Shown here: in pieces, positions 22,048 to 33,851 of the stretch
Layout of the letters: the number at the start of each line of letters is the position of its first letter
Numbering within the stretch: the first letter of the stretch is position 1
From: TPA_inf: Saccharomyces
Lineage: Eukaryota
Length of the DNA stretch: 64,000 bases
NCBI GenBank assembly: GCA_000146045.2
Contig: BK006946.2
Coordinates: 1-64,000, forward strand
Reading direction: 5' to 3'
Notes under the pieces: generated by a model
The model's database searches: none
Told to the model about the DNA's origin: nothing
The model's input: the letters and a program-made list of their open reading frames with translations, nothing else
Made by a program: the position numbers and the translations under genes

Positions 22048-23683
22048 TTAGAACTCCTCAGCGTAAGAATCGGCACCCACTTCAATATAATCTCTTTCTA
22101 AGGCAGCTAAATCTTCTCTAGCTTCGGTGAACTCACCTTCTTCCATACCTTCACCGACATACCAATGGACGAAAGCACGTTTGGCATACATCAGGTCGAA
22201 TTTCTGATCGATTCTCTTCCAAGCGTCCGCGATGGCAGTGGTGTTGGATAGCATGCAGACAGCTCTATCCACATTGGCTAATTCGGAACTTGGTATCACA
22301 CTTGGTGGCTCATAACAAATACCAATCTTAAATCCTGTTGGACACCAATCCACCATTTGTACTGTTTTTTTATTCTTCACCTGTTCGACGGCTCTTTGGA
22401 CATCTCTGGTCACCACGTCACCTCTGTATAACAAACAGTTAGCCATGTACTTCCCCTTTGTTGGGTCACACTTAACCATTTGATTGCCCGGTTCGAAACA
22501 AGCGTTTGTGATTTCTGACACGGAGTTGGATTCATGGGTGGCCCTCTTCTTGGACAAGATGGGTGCGTAGGAAACCAAAGGGAAATGAATTCTTGGATAT
22601 GGTACCAAGTTGGTCTGAAATTCGTTCAAATCCACGTTTAATGAACCATCGAACCTCAAAGAGGCTGTAACAGATGATATCACTTGGGCAATCAACCCGT
22701 TCAAGTTGCTGAAGCTTGGTCTAGAAATTCCCAAGTTCCTCTTGCATATATCGTAAATGGCTTCGTTATCGACCATAAACGTACAGTCTGCGTGTTCCAG
22801 GGTGGTATGCGTGGTTAAAACCGTGTTGTAAGGTTCCACGACGGAAGTAGACAATTGAGGCGCAGGATAAACGGCGAATTCCAATTTGGATTTCTTCCCG
22901 TATTCATACGATAAGTTTTCTAATAACAGGGAACCTAAACCGGAACCAGTTCCACCACCGAGGGAGTGGGTGAACAAGAACCCTTGTAAACCGTCACATT
23001 GGTCGGCCATCTTTCTAATTCTTTCTTCAACTTCATCCACTATTTCTCTACCCACTGTATAATGGCCTCTTGCGTAGTTATTGGCGGCATCTTCCTTACC
23101 GTTAATCAATTGTTCTGGATGGAAAAGCTCCTTGAAACGTCCTGTACGTACTTCATCGATAACATTGGGCTCTAAATCCACGTAGATTGCTCTTGGGACG
23201 AATTTTCCGTACCCCGTTTCATGGAAGAATGTAGAAAATCCTTCTTCACCTCCCTTAGGTTTTGACAAGCCATCCTCCAAATGGCCGTCTTCCTTGATGC
23301 CATGCTCTAGGGAGTACAATTCCCAGCATGCATTACCTATTTGACAACCTGCTTGACCAACTGTTGTAAAAAAGAAAAATAACAAAAGTTCCAGCAATCC
23401 TCCGAAGAAGAAGACACAAAAATCACTCCCCATGTAATGAGGTCAATTATGAGCTTTTTCGTCCGAGTATGCCCAGAAAAAATGGAGAAAAAGAAACTGT
23501 TAGTAAACTGTGCTGGTACAAGTCAAATTATTTGCCGTAAATCAACCAGATGGTGACCAATTGGGAATGAATCAAACCAGATCAGATCAAACTTCTTTCC
23601 CTGTCCCACAGGTGCCATTGGTTGCGAATATTGAACAAAAAAAGGAACGCATACATACCATTAATACTAATGACCTCTCTCAT
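22048..23683 (-). CDS. TUB3: Alpha-tubulin, spliced: join(23659..23683, 22048..23360) on the minus strand, 445 aa
   Basis: Exon 2 begins ...[22 protein letters not shown]. The upstream 25-nt exon 1 ATGAGAGAGGTCATTAGTATTAATG (MREVISIN) is found at 23683..23659. The GTATGT 5'SS follows it directly on the minus strand, and the intron ends with ...TACAACAG at 23361. The 461-aa track ORF is intron read-through. Confidence 0.9.
23361..23658 (-). other. TUB3: TUB3 intron (298 nt), 5'SS GTATGT
   Basis: Bounded by exon 1 at 23659-23683 and exon 2 starting at 23360. The branchpoint TACTAAC is present on the minus strand (plus-strand gttagta at 23497-23503). Confidence 0.85.
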
Positions 23684-24036
23684 TGTCTCAAGTCGCTTGC
23701 TTAGTCGATTAATGTACTTTATGAGATACCTGATCTGTGTTTATATTTCTTTTAGATGTGCAATTTGTAAAACGTTTCGTGGTTTCCAGAGGCTCGAGAA
23801 ATGATATGTCGGGTAACGTCTGGAACTAAAAAAGAAAGGACGATATGCTCTGCTCTGGCACCAGCCAACAGGATGGCAGAGAGATGTGAGGAAATAATGA
23901 AATTAAAAGAAATTATCGAATAAATATGTAACCTGACAGTATTTATAGATTATGTAAGGGGTTTGATAATAAGTTTATAAAAATGTTTTTGTATTATTTG
24001 TTCTAGTTTACAAGTTTTAGTGCATCTTTGAGGCTT

Positions 24037-25800
24037 TTATGCTTCATGTTGAAGTTGAGATGGGCTGGAAGATTCAATGTCATTATTCTTGTTTCTGAAG
24101 TTTAGCGTAGCAGGATCGATTTCATCGTGGTATAGCTCGTTAATTTCTTCTAGAGTCTTTCTCTTAGTTTCTGGGATCAACAAGGTTGTGAAGATACCCA
24201 ACAACATGAATAAGGCGAAAATTTCCATGACGTGAGGTAACCAACAGTTGGTTGGCTTACCGTCTCTAGCACAGTTATGGTCGATTAGAGTACCCAAAGC
24301 GGTTTGTGCAATAATGGCACCGACCTTACCAGATGCAGCAGAAATACCATGAGCAGTAGATCTGTAACGAGTTGGGAAACACTCACCAGGAACAATAAAG
24401 GTGGTTGTGTTTGGACCGAAGTTTTGGAAGAATTGACAAATGACGTAAAGAGCCAACAGACCATGGTCACCAAGTTTATGGTATGCGAAACCGATGACAC
24501 AGAACAAAGCGGTCAAGATGATGAAACCGGCTAATTGAATTGGTTTTCTACCGATTATATCGACAGTGAAGACGGATACCCAGTAACCAGGTAATGAACC
24601 AGCACAAATCAAAATCAGATTACCGACAGCAGTATCATACAGTTTCTTGTAAACGTTTTTGGAACCGGCATAACCGATGGTTTGCAGAATAACAGCACTG
24701 TTTAAACTCAACCCGTAGAAAGCAACATCTAAGGTAAACCATGAACCAGCAGTACCTAGCAAAATCTTACCGTACTTCCATTGACCAAAATGTCTGCAGA
24801 AATCTTTGAACGAAGCCTTTGGAGGATGATTGTCAAGAGATTCGACGGCAGTAGAAGCTCTTTCCAAACCGTTAATTGCCATGTCTTCATCACTGGTGTC
24901 GTGAATTTTCTTTTCGCCATCTTGTTCTTGTGCGGCAGCAGCAAGTTCCAACTTAGCGTTAACATCCAATTGATATCTAGGAGATTCTGGAATAGTTAAT
25001 CTGAAATACAAACATGCCAACCCTAGAACGGTACCCAACCCAATAAGGATTCTCCACATTTGGTCACAAGCCTTTTGACATCTAGCATCACATTCAGCAC
25101 CAGAGTTTGCGTATTCTAGTTCGCCCTTGTAAGCAGCAACCAAGATAAGAGCGATGATACCACCGGAGATTTGACCCCAAGCTTGGTTAGCAAAGACAGC
25201 ACCCATGATGGCACCTCTCCATTTGGTAGTGGCAAATTCAGAAGTAATAATAGAAGATAGTGGGTAGTCACCACCGATACCAATACCCATGACAATACGG
25301 TAGAATGTTAAAACAGCAACGAAGTTAATAGCAGGAGAATGAGCAACAGTGGTTTGCAGAATGGTACAGACAATCATGATAATAAGTTCCATACCATAAA
25401 TTCTCTTACGACCAACAATATCAGCTAAAGTACCAAAACCAAATTGACCAATAACAGTACCAACAGAAGTGGAAACCTTCAACAAGGTTTGACTTGGACC
25501 TGGCATACTACCGTGCCAGTAAACGTAGGACATCATAGTGATACCCAAATTAATGGCAAAAATATCATAAGAATCTGTCAAGAAACCAACACCAGCAATG
25601 GAGATGGTCTTAACTTGTTGCCAACCGAAACCTTCGTCATCGATGGACTCCAAAGCCAATCTTCTTCTTTCCAGAGGATCTTCAATATGAGCAAAATCAT
25701 TCAAATGGTTGTGGAAGGCCATGTTACCACCTTCGGTAAGGTGTTCTTTATGAAGACTTCTTTCAGCAACATGAATAGTATCTTTATTGACGGAACTCAT
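24037..25800 (-). CDS. PHO84: High-affinity inorganic phosphate/H+ symporter (MFS), 587 aa
   Basis: 587-aa, 12-TM MFS transporter; the N-terminus MSSVNKDTIHVAERSLHKEHL... matches Pho84p. Its promoter carries clustered Pho4 E-boxes. Confidence 0.9.
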   Translation of the reverse strand: MSSVNKDTIHVAERSLHKEHLTEGGNMAFHNHLNDFAHIEDPLERRRLALESIDDEGFGWQQVKTISIAGVGFLTDSYDIFAINLGITMMSYVYWHGSMPGPSQTLLKVSTSVGTVIGQFGFGTLADIVGRKRIYGMELIIMIVCTILQTTVAHSPAINFVAVLTFYRIVMGIGIGGDYPLSSIITSEFATTKWRGAIMGAVFANQAWGQISGGIIALILVAAYKGELEYANSGAECDARCQKACDQMWRILIGLGTVLGLACLYFRLTIPESPRYQLDVNAKLELAAAAQEQDGEKKIHDTSDEDMAINGLERASTAVESLDNHPPKASFKDFCRHFGQWKYGKILLGTAGSWFTLDVAFYGLSLNSAVILQTIGYAGSKNVYKKLYDTAVGNLILICAGSLPGYWVSVFTVDIIGRKPIQLAGFIILTALFCVIGFAYHKLGDHGLLALYVICQFFQNFGPNTTTFIVPGECFPTRYRSTAHGISAASGKVGAIIAQTALGTLIDHNCARDGKPTNCWLPHVMEIFALFMLLGIFTTLLIPETKRKTLEEINELYHDEIDPATLNFRNKNNDIESSSPSQLQHEA

Positions 25801-26056
25801 TTGGATTGTATTCGTGGAGTTTTGTTTGTTGTGTGCCCTGGTGATCTACGAGATGAGGAAAGATAAAATTTAGAAGTGAACTTAGAACTTTACTTTATAC
25901 AAGAGATGAGGATGAGCTTATATATATACGTATACGAGCCACAATAGTAAGTGGATCTAAGTTGGCATTACCGGTGTGCAATGTGGTTGCATCATGCTGC
26001 CAAAAAGGAATAATAATTAGCTCATAGATGAGGTCGGTTAATTAATGAGTAATACG

Positions 26057-26690
26057 CACGTTTTTAATCTAGCTAATAAGCAGGCAAAACGGGAGAAGAG
26101 GGATAAGGAAAGCCTTTCACACGACATTTGGTGCATAACTGCACCGATCTCACTGATTTCGATGGACTGCGGCGAACCATAATCAATTGCCGTCGCTAAT
26201 TTCCGCCCCACGTGCTGGAAATAACACGTCCACGTGGAACTATTAAATTGGCATCGGGCGGTGCGGCAGTGAGAGGAACGGGTGTTTTTCAGCCGGGCAA
26301 CATTTTCTTCATAGCCGCTAGATGAGTTGAAAGGGCCCTTACGAGCAAATGCTGCACGTATAGGGCGCCTATAACAGCACCAACGTGCGTAATACTGATT
26401 GCTGTCATTTCTTGGCATGTTTTCTTGGTCAAGGTCTGTGATCTCCCCTTCCGGTTGTGTCTTTTCATAATAATATGGTTTTTTTATTCATAATTTGGTA
26501 ATAACGGTTGATAAACGAGCGGCTGATAAATTAGTTTCTTTTTTTTTTTAATTTTTTTTTTTTTTGATCTCATTTCTTTTTTTATTGAATCTTTTTTTTT
26601 TTGTAAGAAAATTAAGGTTTATTAGGCAGAGTATACCGAGTCGTTTGAAGTCATCTCCGGGTAGTGATTTTTATCACGTGACACTTTTTT
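26057..26690. promoter_or_regulatory. PHO84 upstream region carrying five Pho4-type E-boxes (CACGTG/CACGTT) at about -260, -435, -410, -588 and -888 relative to the ATG
   Basis: cacgtt at 26057-26062, cacgtg at 26209-26214, cacgtg at 26231-26236, aacgtg (=CACGTT) at 26383-26388, and cacgtg at 26685-26690. The spacing matches the known Pho4 sites of PHO84: E at 26057-26062, D at 26209-26214, C at 26231-26236, B at 26383-26388, and A at 26685-26690. Confidence 0.75.
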
Positions 26691-26929
26691 ATTCCTTTTC
26701 TCTTTTCTTTTTTAAATTTTTTTTTTTTTTTTTCATTGATTAACCGCCTCTTCTTTATCACTCTCGCATTCTGTCTACTAAACGGTAAAAAAACGAAGTG
26801 AAAAGTTCAATGTGGGACCCTACCCTAAATTGTGATTATGGTAATAATTTCTTTTTGAATAAATACAATAGGTATCTTACACAGGAGTGAAGGCCATCAA
26901 AATCACGTTTATCAATCGACAATTTAGTA

Positions 26930-27862
26930 ATGTCGTCAAATAATAGGAAGAAACTGCTTCTGATGGGCCGGTCCGGCTCCGGTAAATCGTCAATGAGGTC
27001 GATCATCTTTAGTAACTACTCCGCTTTTGACACTAGGAGATTGGGTGCCACCATTGATGTAGAGCACTCCCATTTGAGATTTCTTGGGAATATGACTCTA
27101 AATCTGTGGGACTGTGGTGGGCAGGACGTGTTTATGGAGAATTATTTCACCAAGCAAAAAGACCACATTTTCCAGATGGTGCAGGTGTTAATTCACGTTT
27201 TTGATGTAGAGTCAACTGAAGTTCTCAAGGATATTGAAATATTTGCAAAAGCTTTGAAGCAATTAAGGAAGTACTCTCCCGACGCCAAAATTTTTGTTCT
27301 TCTGCATAAGATGGATCTTGTTCAGTTGGATAAGAGAGAGGAGCTGTTCCAAATCATGATGAAAAACCTGAGTGAAACGTCTTCGGAATTTGGGTTTCCC
27401 AATCTGATAGGTTTTCCTACTTCGATTTGGGATGAGAGTTTATACAAGGCATGGTCGCAGATTGTATGCTCGCTAATACCCAATATGTCCAACCATCAAA
27501 GTAATTTGAAGAAGTTTAAGGAGATTATGAACGCCCTTGAAATTATTCTTTTCGAAAGAACAACTTTCTTAGTGATATGCTCCAGTAATGGCGAAAATAG
27601 TAATGAAAATCATGATAGTTCGGATAATAATAATGTCTTGCTAGACCCGAAGCGATTCGAAAAGATATCCAATATAATGAAAAACTTCAAGCAGAGTTGC
27701 ACGAAATTGAAGAGCGGATTCAAGACTTTAATATTGAACAACAACATCTACGTCAGCGAGTTATCGTCCAATATGGTGTGTTTTATAGTGTTGAAAGATA
27801 TGAATATTCCACAAGAATTAGTATTGGAAAACATCAAAAAAGCCAAAGAGTTTTTCCAATGA
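26930..27862 (+). CDS. GTR1: Rag-family small GTPase (subunit of the EGO/GSE complex, TORC1 signalling), 310 aa
   Basis: P-loop GRSGSGKSS and G3 DCGGQ motifs are present. Length is 310 aa. Confidence 0.9.
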   Translation: MSSNNRKKLLLMGRSGSGKSSMRSIIFSNYSAFDTRRLGATIDVEHSHLRFLGNMTLNLWDCGGQDVFMENYFTKQKDHIFQMVQVLIHVFDVESTEVLKDIEIFAKALKQLRKYSPDAKIFVLLHKMDLVQLDKREELFQIMMKNLSETSSEFGFPNLIGFPTSIWDESLYKAWSQIVCSLIPNMSNHQSNLKKFKEIMNALEIILFERTTFLVICSSNGENSNENHDSSDNNNVLLDPKRFEKISNIMKNFKQSCTKLKSGFKTLILNNNIYVSELSSNMVCFIVLKDMNIPQELVLENIKKAKEFFQ

Positions 27863-28265
27863 CTGAGGTGAGTAGACGAAACATTCGGCAATTGAGTGTT
27901 TGCGGGGCATAAGAATTATAAAGCTTTCGTTACGTATATACAAATGGGATTTGGCGTATAAAATAAATAGAGAAACATAAGAGGAAGAAATAAATAATCA
28001 CAGATATATATATAGGACAATGGGAGGAAAAAGCTGAAGTGATCAACCAATCTTGTCGGGGTTTTTTGCTTGTGCATTAGTCAAGCATCATTTCGAAAAA
28101 AGTGGGAATATATAAATAATAAAACATCATGTGCATTTTTTTGTGCGTGTGTGTGTGTGTTAGGTTTTGTTTAGAGGGTTTTAGAAAAAAAAGGATGCAA
28201 ACTCAGGAAAAAACGGTGCCTACCACCTTTTTTCCTTTTTCCAGAAAAGGGCATGTTAATTTCAT

Positions 28266-29807
28266 CTATAATCCTTTAAAAAAGTCTCTTTTGAAAAATG
28301 CTAATTTAATCCAGTCGAAAAAGACCTTTAATCTCGATCTTGCAGATAGAATCATGGACAAGTACAAAATTCTCCATAAGTAGAAGGTCATTAAGCCACC
28401 ACCGGTGTAAAATGTTCTCTTACCGGAACGTATGGTTGCAATGGCCCTTTCGGATCCCAGGTATGCTAAGGCACCTAAATCGTTGTATTTGAAAGGTTTA
28501 AAGTTGTTCTCCTCGAACAAGAGATCAATTTTATCCTTTCTTGAAGATAGATTCTTTTGGAAATTTGGTATTTGAGCCATTTTATCAAAATTCTTGGCCA
28601 AATATTCGGCCTCTTGGTGCGCTACTTGGGCGGTTGGTGGCAACCCAGCAAATGCATTGTCACCAATGGCGAAAATGTTGTTGCTGCCTTTCACCTGCAA
28701 AAAGTCATTCACTGCCAATCCTCTCTTGGACGAGTTTTGCTCAGGAATTTTCTTGAAAAGGTCAGTGATTACCGGTCTTGCCTTGTTACCCGTGGCCCAA
28801 ATCAAAGTACCGTATGGAATAGTTTCTTCGGTTATTTTACCGTCTTCGTGTTTGGTCTTTGCCAACAATTGCTTTTCTTCAACTTTGGCGACAGCCGTTC
28901 TCAGATGTACTTTGATCGAAGTGTTTTCTAAATGTGATTGCGCGTATGATGAAAGCTTTTTCTCAAACATATTCAAAACGATGGGCAGAGCTTCGACCAA
29001 GTGAATTTGGACTTCTTCGGCCAATGCAGGGAGAAACTTTCTCAGGTCCTGGTGAACATAATCCTGTAGTTCACCAGCGGCCTCTACACCAGTAGGCCCA
29101 CCACCAACCACGACAATGGACAGTAGTCTTCTTCTTTCGGGATCACCCTTTGGCAATAAGTTAGCCTTCTCTAGATTGGCGGCAAAAGTTCTTCTTATTT
29201 CCAAAGAGTTGGGAATTTCCTTCAGGAAATGACCGTAATCAGTGACCCCAGGAATACCAAATGTGTTAGGTTCCGCACCTACAGCACTGATTAAATAATC
29301 GTACTTAATTTCAGCAGGTTCTGCTTGATGCAGCCCTAGATGGTTTTCAGGTTGGTATAGCTGGCTAACGGCAGATAATGATTTTATGGTAACGGTATTC
29401 CTGTCGGGATTGATAGAGGTGGCTTCTGCCTCATAGTAGGTAACGTTCCCCTTTTTCTTGAGAGCAAAATTAACGATGGGCTCAATAATTGACTTTTCGT
29501 CTACTGTCCCAACTGGTGCAGAAGGTAACAAAGGCGTAAATAAGAAATAGCTTCTAGGAGAGATGATGGAAACGTTGTACTTCTTGGTGTCAATGTGCTT
29601 TAAAAACGAAATAGCTCCCCACCCCGAACCCAGTATCAGCACGTTTGGTTTGTCGCTGTGCTGAGGGTCAATGACTTTCATGGTCTTAAAAGATGTAGGA
29701 CCTGCTCCGGAGTTTTCCACCCCTGTGGATCTGGTGGAAGCGAATCTGACTAGCGTATTCGTCGAGGTGAGCAACCTCTTGTTACTATACAAATTCTTCG
29801 ATAGCAT
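28266..29807 (-). CDS. NDI1: Mitochondrial internal rotenone-insensitive NADH:ubiquinone oxidoreductase (type II NADH dehydrogenase), 513 aa
   Basis: Two GxGxxG dinucleotide-binding motifs (ILGSGWGA and [10 protein letters not shown]) plus an N-terminal mitochondrial presequence. Length is 513 aa. Confidence 0.9.
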
Positions 29808-30610
29808 AGTGGTTTTTAGTTTCTTCTCTTGGGTAAACGTGTAATTCGATGATGTGATGAAACTGACACCCTACCTGAAACTCCTCAATTGGTAGTTAAA
29901 ACTCCTTCCCCACTATGCCCTATACATCTTATATATACCCTGTCGACGTTGCAAATACCGGCAATAACCAAGAGCGCTAAGGGGGAGCACTCTTATTGTG
30001 GTTACCCGGACGTTCAATGCCTTCATATGATTGGTCCGAATGAATAGGTCATGAGAAAATGCATATTTTTGAGGCATTTCAGCAATGATCGGCAATCTGC
30101 ACATATTCGTATTGTTTCCCTGAGTAAGTTATTTGCGGAAAGAGACATTCTATTGCTTTGGAGTATTTTGTGGTCTTCGACAATAAAGCGAAGGAATAAT
30201 AGGTTCGTTGCTAGCGACAAGCAACACATAGTTGTAGTGATGCTATAGCAAAGAAAGGTCACAGATTCATTATTGACCTTTTAAATGGTGCCCAGTGGCA
30301 ATTGCCGTTTTAGCATTCTTTAAATGCGTAGTATATGAGTTTTAAAGTGCTTTGTTGTTCACGTGCTTTTCACGTGTATGATTACTTAACCGGGTAGCGC
30401 CGGTCTTTAATATGCTTTCCAGATTAGGAAAGAACATAAATAAAAACACAAAATAAGAAAGTGTCAATCATCCGCATTGAAAGAAAGAAAAGATTTTTTT
30501 ATCCCTCAATTGTACATGAAAACAGAGACCTTTCAAAACGTATTTTAACATTCTTTTACTCTTTTCTTGCACCTGCAGCCTTAGGTCAGTAAGAAAAAAA
30601 GTAGGTAGCA

Positions 30611-31684
30611 ATGAGCCCAAGTCCATCAGTGTCGCCAAGAAGGACGCTCAATAACAAATCATCTTACATCAATAACAGCGGTGGGCTGGTCCTGCCTCCT
30701 ACGCAGTTTAATTTGAATCAGCAGCCAGTCCTGAGCTTCCAACAAAAAGCGACTTTCGATTCCAACCAGCAGTTTTTCTATTATCCAGAGTCACCCACAA
30801 AAAACCTGAGACCAAGGTTTAACAGTATTTCGCAGGTTAATAAAGGAGTTAATGAAGACCATTATACCGGGGGCGGTAGCAGTAATAATAACAGGCCATC
30901 TAGATATACAAATACCATGGGCGCTGCAAACACCAATGTAAATTCCCATCCGCATCATCAGTCGGTGTCGCATTTAAATTCTAAATCTCTTAAATTCAAT
31001 CAAACGAAGGAAGTGAGCAGCATAAATGAAATTATTTTTCCTTCCAGAACGTGTACAAAGAAACGGTATTTTACCAAGCCAATTGATTTGTATGGTACAA
31101 GAAGTAGCACTAGTGTGGCACCTAAGTTGACGAATTCTCCCACGAAATCAAAAACAAATTTCAACATCAAGAAGTGCATCTTACCTAGGTCCGTCGTTAC
31201 CACATATAAATTACCATCTCCAGTGCACGAAACGATAGACGATATATCCAAAAAAATCATAATCCTGCTAATTTCGTTGAAGTTTGAGAAAAACTATCAC
31301 TTCTTGCAACCTATTCAATTGTCCACAAATAGTAAGACACGGATCTCAAAATCACTAGACGAATTATGCGGAGTGCAGCTGACATCAACGTTACGGCAAC
31401 AAAAGCAGCTGCAAGGTAACAGCAAGCCCGTAAAGAATCTCCCTAATTCCAATGCGAAGCAGAGAGCCGGGGCCAGTGTTTCCACAAATGCCAACGAAAG
31501 CTTTGAATTGAGTTTTGATGGAAAGGCAATGGATAGATCTGATATATTTCGAATGGTAGATTCTTTTAGCATCGCCATTTCAGATGAAGATGAGGAAGAT
31601 GAGGAGGAGGATAGCTTTCAGCAGAGAAGTGCGAACAACAGAATCCTCCCTGCGGAGATACTAAGTAATGAACCTTTGAAATGA
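30611..31684 (+). CDS. YML119W: Uncharacterised Ser/Asn-rich protein, 357 aa
   Basis: Low-complexity S/N/T-rich ORF with an acidic C-terminus (DEDEEDEEED). Its position between NDI1 and NGL3 matches YML119W. Confidence 0.7.
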   Translation: MSPSPSVSPRRTLNNKSSYINNSGGLVLPPTQFNLNQQPVLSFQQKATFDSNQQFFYYPESPTKNLRPRFNSISQVNKGVNEDHYTGGGSSNNNRPSRYTNTMGAANTNVNSHPHHQSVSHLNSKSLKFNQTKEVSSINEIIFPSRTCTKKRYFTKPIDLYGTRSSTSVAPKLTNSPTKSKTNFNIKKCILPRSVVTTYKLPSPVHETIDDISKKIIILLISLKFEKNYHFLQPIQLSTNSKTRISKSLDELCGVQLTSTLRQQKQLQGNSKPVKNLPNSNAKQRAGASVSTNANESFELSFDGKAMDRSDIFRMVDSFSIAISDEDEEDEEEDSFQQRSANNRILPAEILSNEPLK

Positions 31685-32333
31685 TACGGATTCTCTGTAT
31701 TCTGTCTATAGTATTTATATACCAATACATTTTTCCGCACTTTGAAGTTTTGCATTTTACTTAATGTAGTTTATTATTAGTTGCCAAAACGAAACATTTA
31801 ACATGTGAATTAAAAATACAAAAAAAAGCCTATTAACGATCTAAATTTATGACAAAAGACATATAATTATTTTAATGATGCCTTTGTCACAACCGAACAC
31901 AATATCTTTGAAAAGTGATCCAGCAATCGAATTCAGAATTCGTTGTGCCATTTTTGCCTTACGTTTGCGCCATTGTAATTTCTCTGTGCCGTCTTCTCTT
32001 CACTTTATTTCAATATTATCATGCAGTAAACAAGTTGCAGAATAATAAATAATATACGTACCAAATATGTGAACAACTCAGATACTATTCATTTGATATG
32101 TTAAAAGTCCTGCATTCCTCTCCCGACATTATATATAAAATGCTCAGCCACCCCTTCGTTGCACAGAAAAAAAGGATGACCTATAATACCAATATTCAAT
32201 CACAATAGTTATACCAAACTAACACATGGTTGAAGCAGACTACTTACTATCGTGGAGTTAGCTCACTGAAAATTTAATATTTACAGCATTAAACAGTTTT
32301 TTCTTTTGTTTTGTCTCCTACATTAATTTCAAT

Positions 32334-33851
32334 ATGGATAGCCAAGTAGAAGGCAAAATATCCCCCTCACAGAAGGAGTCCTCCTCCACCTCAGGCCTCG
32401 TTTCACCTAGTGAAGATGGCCCAGCACATCAAAAAATACACAGAGACCAATTAAGTGTGGATCAAATCAAGAAAATCAGAGAAGAACGTGCTCAGAAGAG
32501 ACAGGTACGTAGGAACTCTCTAATATCCCAAGGGAAGGACCCTGACTTCCCAACGCCTGACTTACAATTCATTGAAAGACCATTCCTCCCTATCAACCAT
32601 GATAATTCGAAAGGTCTTACGCCAGCGACCATACAAGTCACCCAAGATTCATTGGACGTTAAAATAATGACCTATAATACTCTAGCACAAACCTTGATTA
32701 GGAGAGATTTTTTCCCAGAAAGTGGACCAGCGTTAAAGTGGCATAAGAGATCAAAAGTTTTGGTCCACGAATTGAAAAAGTACAGGCCTGATGTAGTATC
32801 GTTGCAGGAGGTCGATTACAATGAACTCAACTTCTGGCAGGAGAATTTCCATAAGTTAGGGTTTGATGTGATTTTCAAAAGGCATGAAGGGAAAACTCAT
32901 GGACTACTAGTTGCATGGAACAATAAAAAATTCCAGTTAGATAATGATTGGATGCTGGACTACGATAATATATTGGCGGGAAATGTCATTTCAGCAAGAA
33001 CAAGAACTAAAAATATTGCCCTTATTATATCGCTATATTTCAAGGGTATAACAGATTCATCATCAAGAGGAATTATCGTCGCAAATACACACCTATTTTG
33101 GCATCCCTTTGGGGTATTTGAAAGATTAAGGCAATCTTACTTGGTTTTACAAAAGATCCAGGAAATTAAAGCATGTTCCAAATATAATGGCTGGCATAGC
33201 CTACTGATGGGTGATTTCAATACCGAACCTGAAGAGCCACCGTACTTGGCCATAACGAAAAGACCACTGATATTAAAAGGCCCAATAAGAGCTATGGTGG
33301 AATGCTCACTAGCGTATCGGTATTCAAAAAAAAGGAATGGAGAAGAAAGTGACCAGGATGATGAAGAGTGTGATGAAAAGTCTAGGGGCGAAGGCCATTC
33401 AGATCAACCACAAAACCCAAAACCAGAGAGCTTTACAGCCACAAAGGAAGAAAAGGCTCTGGTAAATCAATTAGTTGCGTTGCATAATTCACTACATGTG
33501 AAAGGCGTATCTTTGTATGGGATTGGCTACGGTAAAGTGCATCCTGAAAATGCTAACGGAAGCCACGGCGAACCGGGACTCTCAAACTGGGCCAATACAT
33601 GGTGTGGATTATTAGACTACATATTTTATATCGAGGGTGATCATAATCAGGACACGCGTCAGAAAGAGCCTCTGAATGCTTTTGAAGGAAATAACAACGT
33701 AAAAATAATCGGATATCTGAGGATGCCGTGCGCACAAGAAATGCCCAAACACTCCCAACCTTTCGAGGGAGAATATGCTAGTGATCACATTTCCCTAATG
33801 TGCCAAATACGCTTGTTTTTTGGGGGGGAGAAAGTGCATAGCTTAAAATAA
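32334..33851 (+). CDS. NGL3: CCR4-like endonuclease/exonuclease/phosphatase family 3'-5' exoribonuclease (poly(A)-specific), 505 aa
   Basis: EEP-family motifs are present: LQEVD (VVSLQEVDYN), GDFNTEPE, and SDH near the C-terminus. Length is 505 aa. Confidence 0.85.
   Translation: MDSQVEGKISPSQKESSSTSGLVSPSEDGPAHQKIHRDQLSVDQIKKIREERAQKRQVRRNSLISQGKDPDFPTPDLQFIERPFLPINHDNSKGLTPATIQVTQDSLDVKIMTYNTLAQTLIRRDFFPESGPALKWHKRSKVLVHELKKYRPDVVSLQEVDYNELNFWQENFHKLGFDVIFKRHEGKTHGLLVAWNNKKFQLDNDWMLDYDNILAGNVISARTRTKNIALIISLYFKGITDSSSRGIIVANTHLFWHPFGVFERLRQSYLVLQKIQEIKACSKYNGWHSLLMGDFNTEPEEPPYLAITKRPLILKGPIRAMVECSLAYRYSKKRNGEESDQDDEECDEKSRGEGHSDQPQNPKPESFTATKEEKALVNQLVALHNSLHVKGVSLYGIGYGKVHPENANGSHGEPGLSNWANTWCGLLDYIFYIEGDHNQDTRQKEPLNAFEGNNNVKIIGYLRMPCAQEMPKHSQPFEGEYASDHISLMCQIRLFFGGEKVHSLK

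Noticed and set aside
26038-26418. 126-aa minus-strand ORF upstream of PHO84
   Set aside because: It sits entirely within the PHO84 promoter and spans four of the Pho4 sites. Its Cys/Arg-rich, low-complexity translation looks non-genic, so it is probably a dubious ORF.
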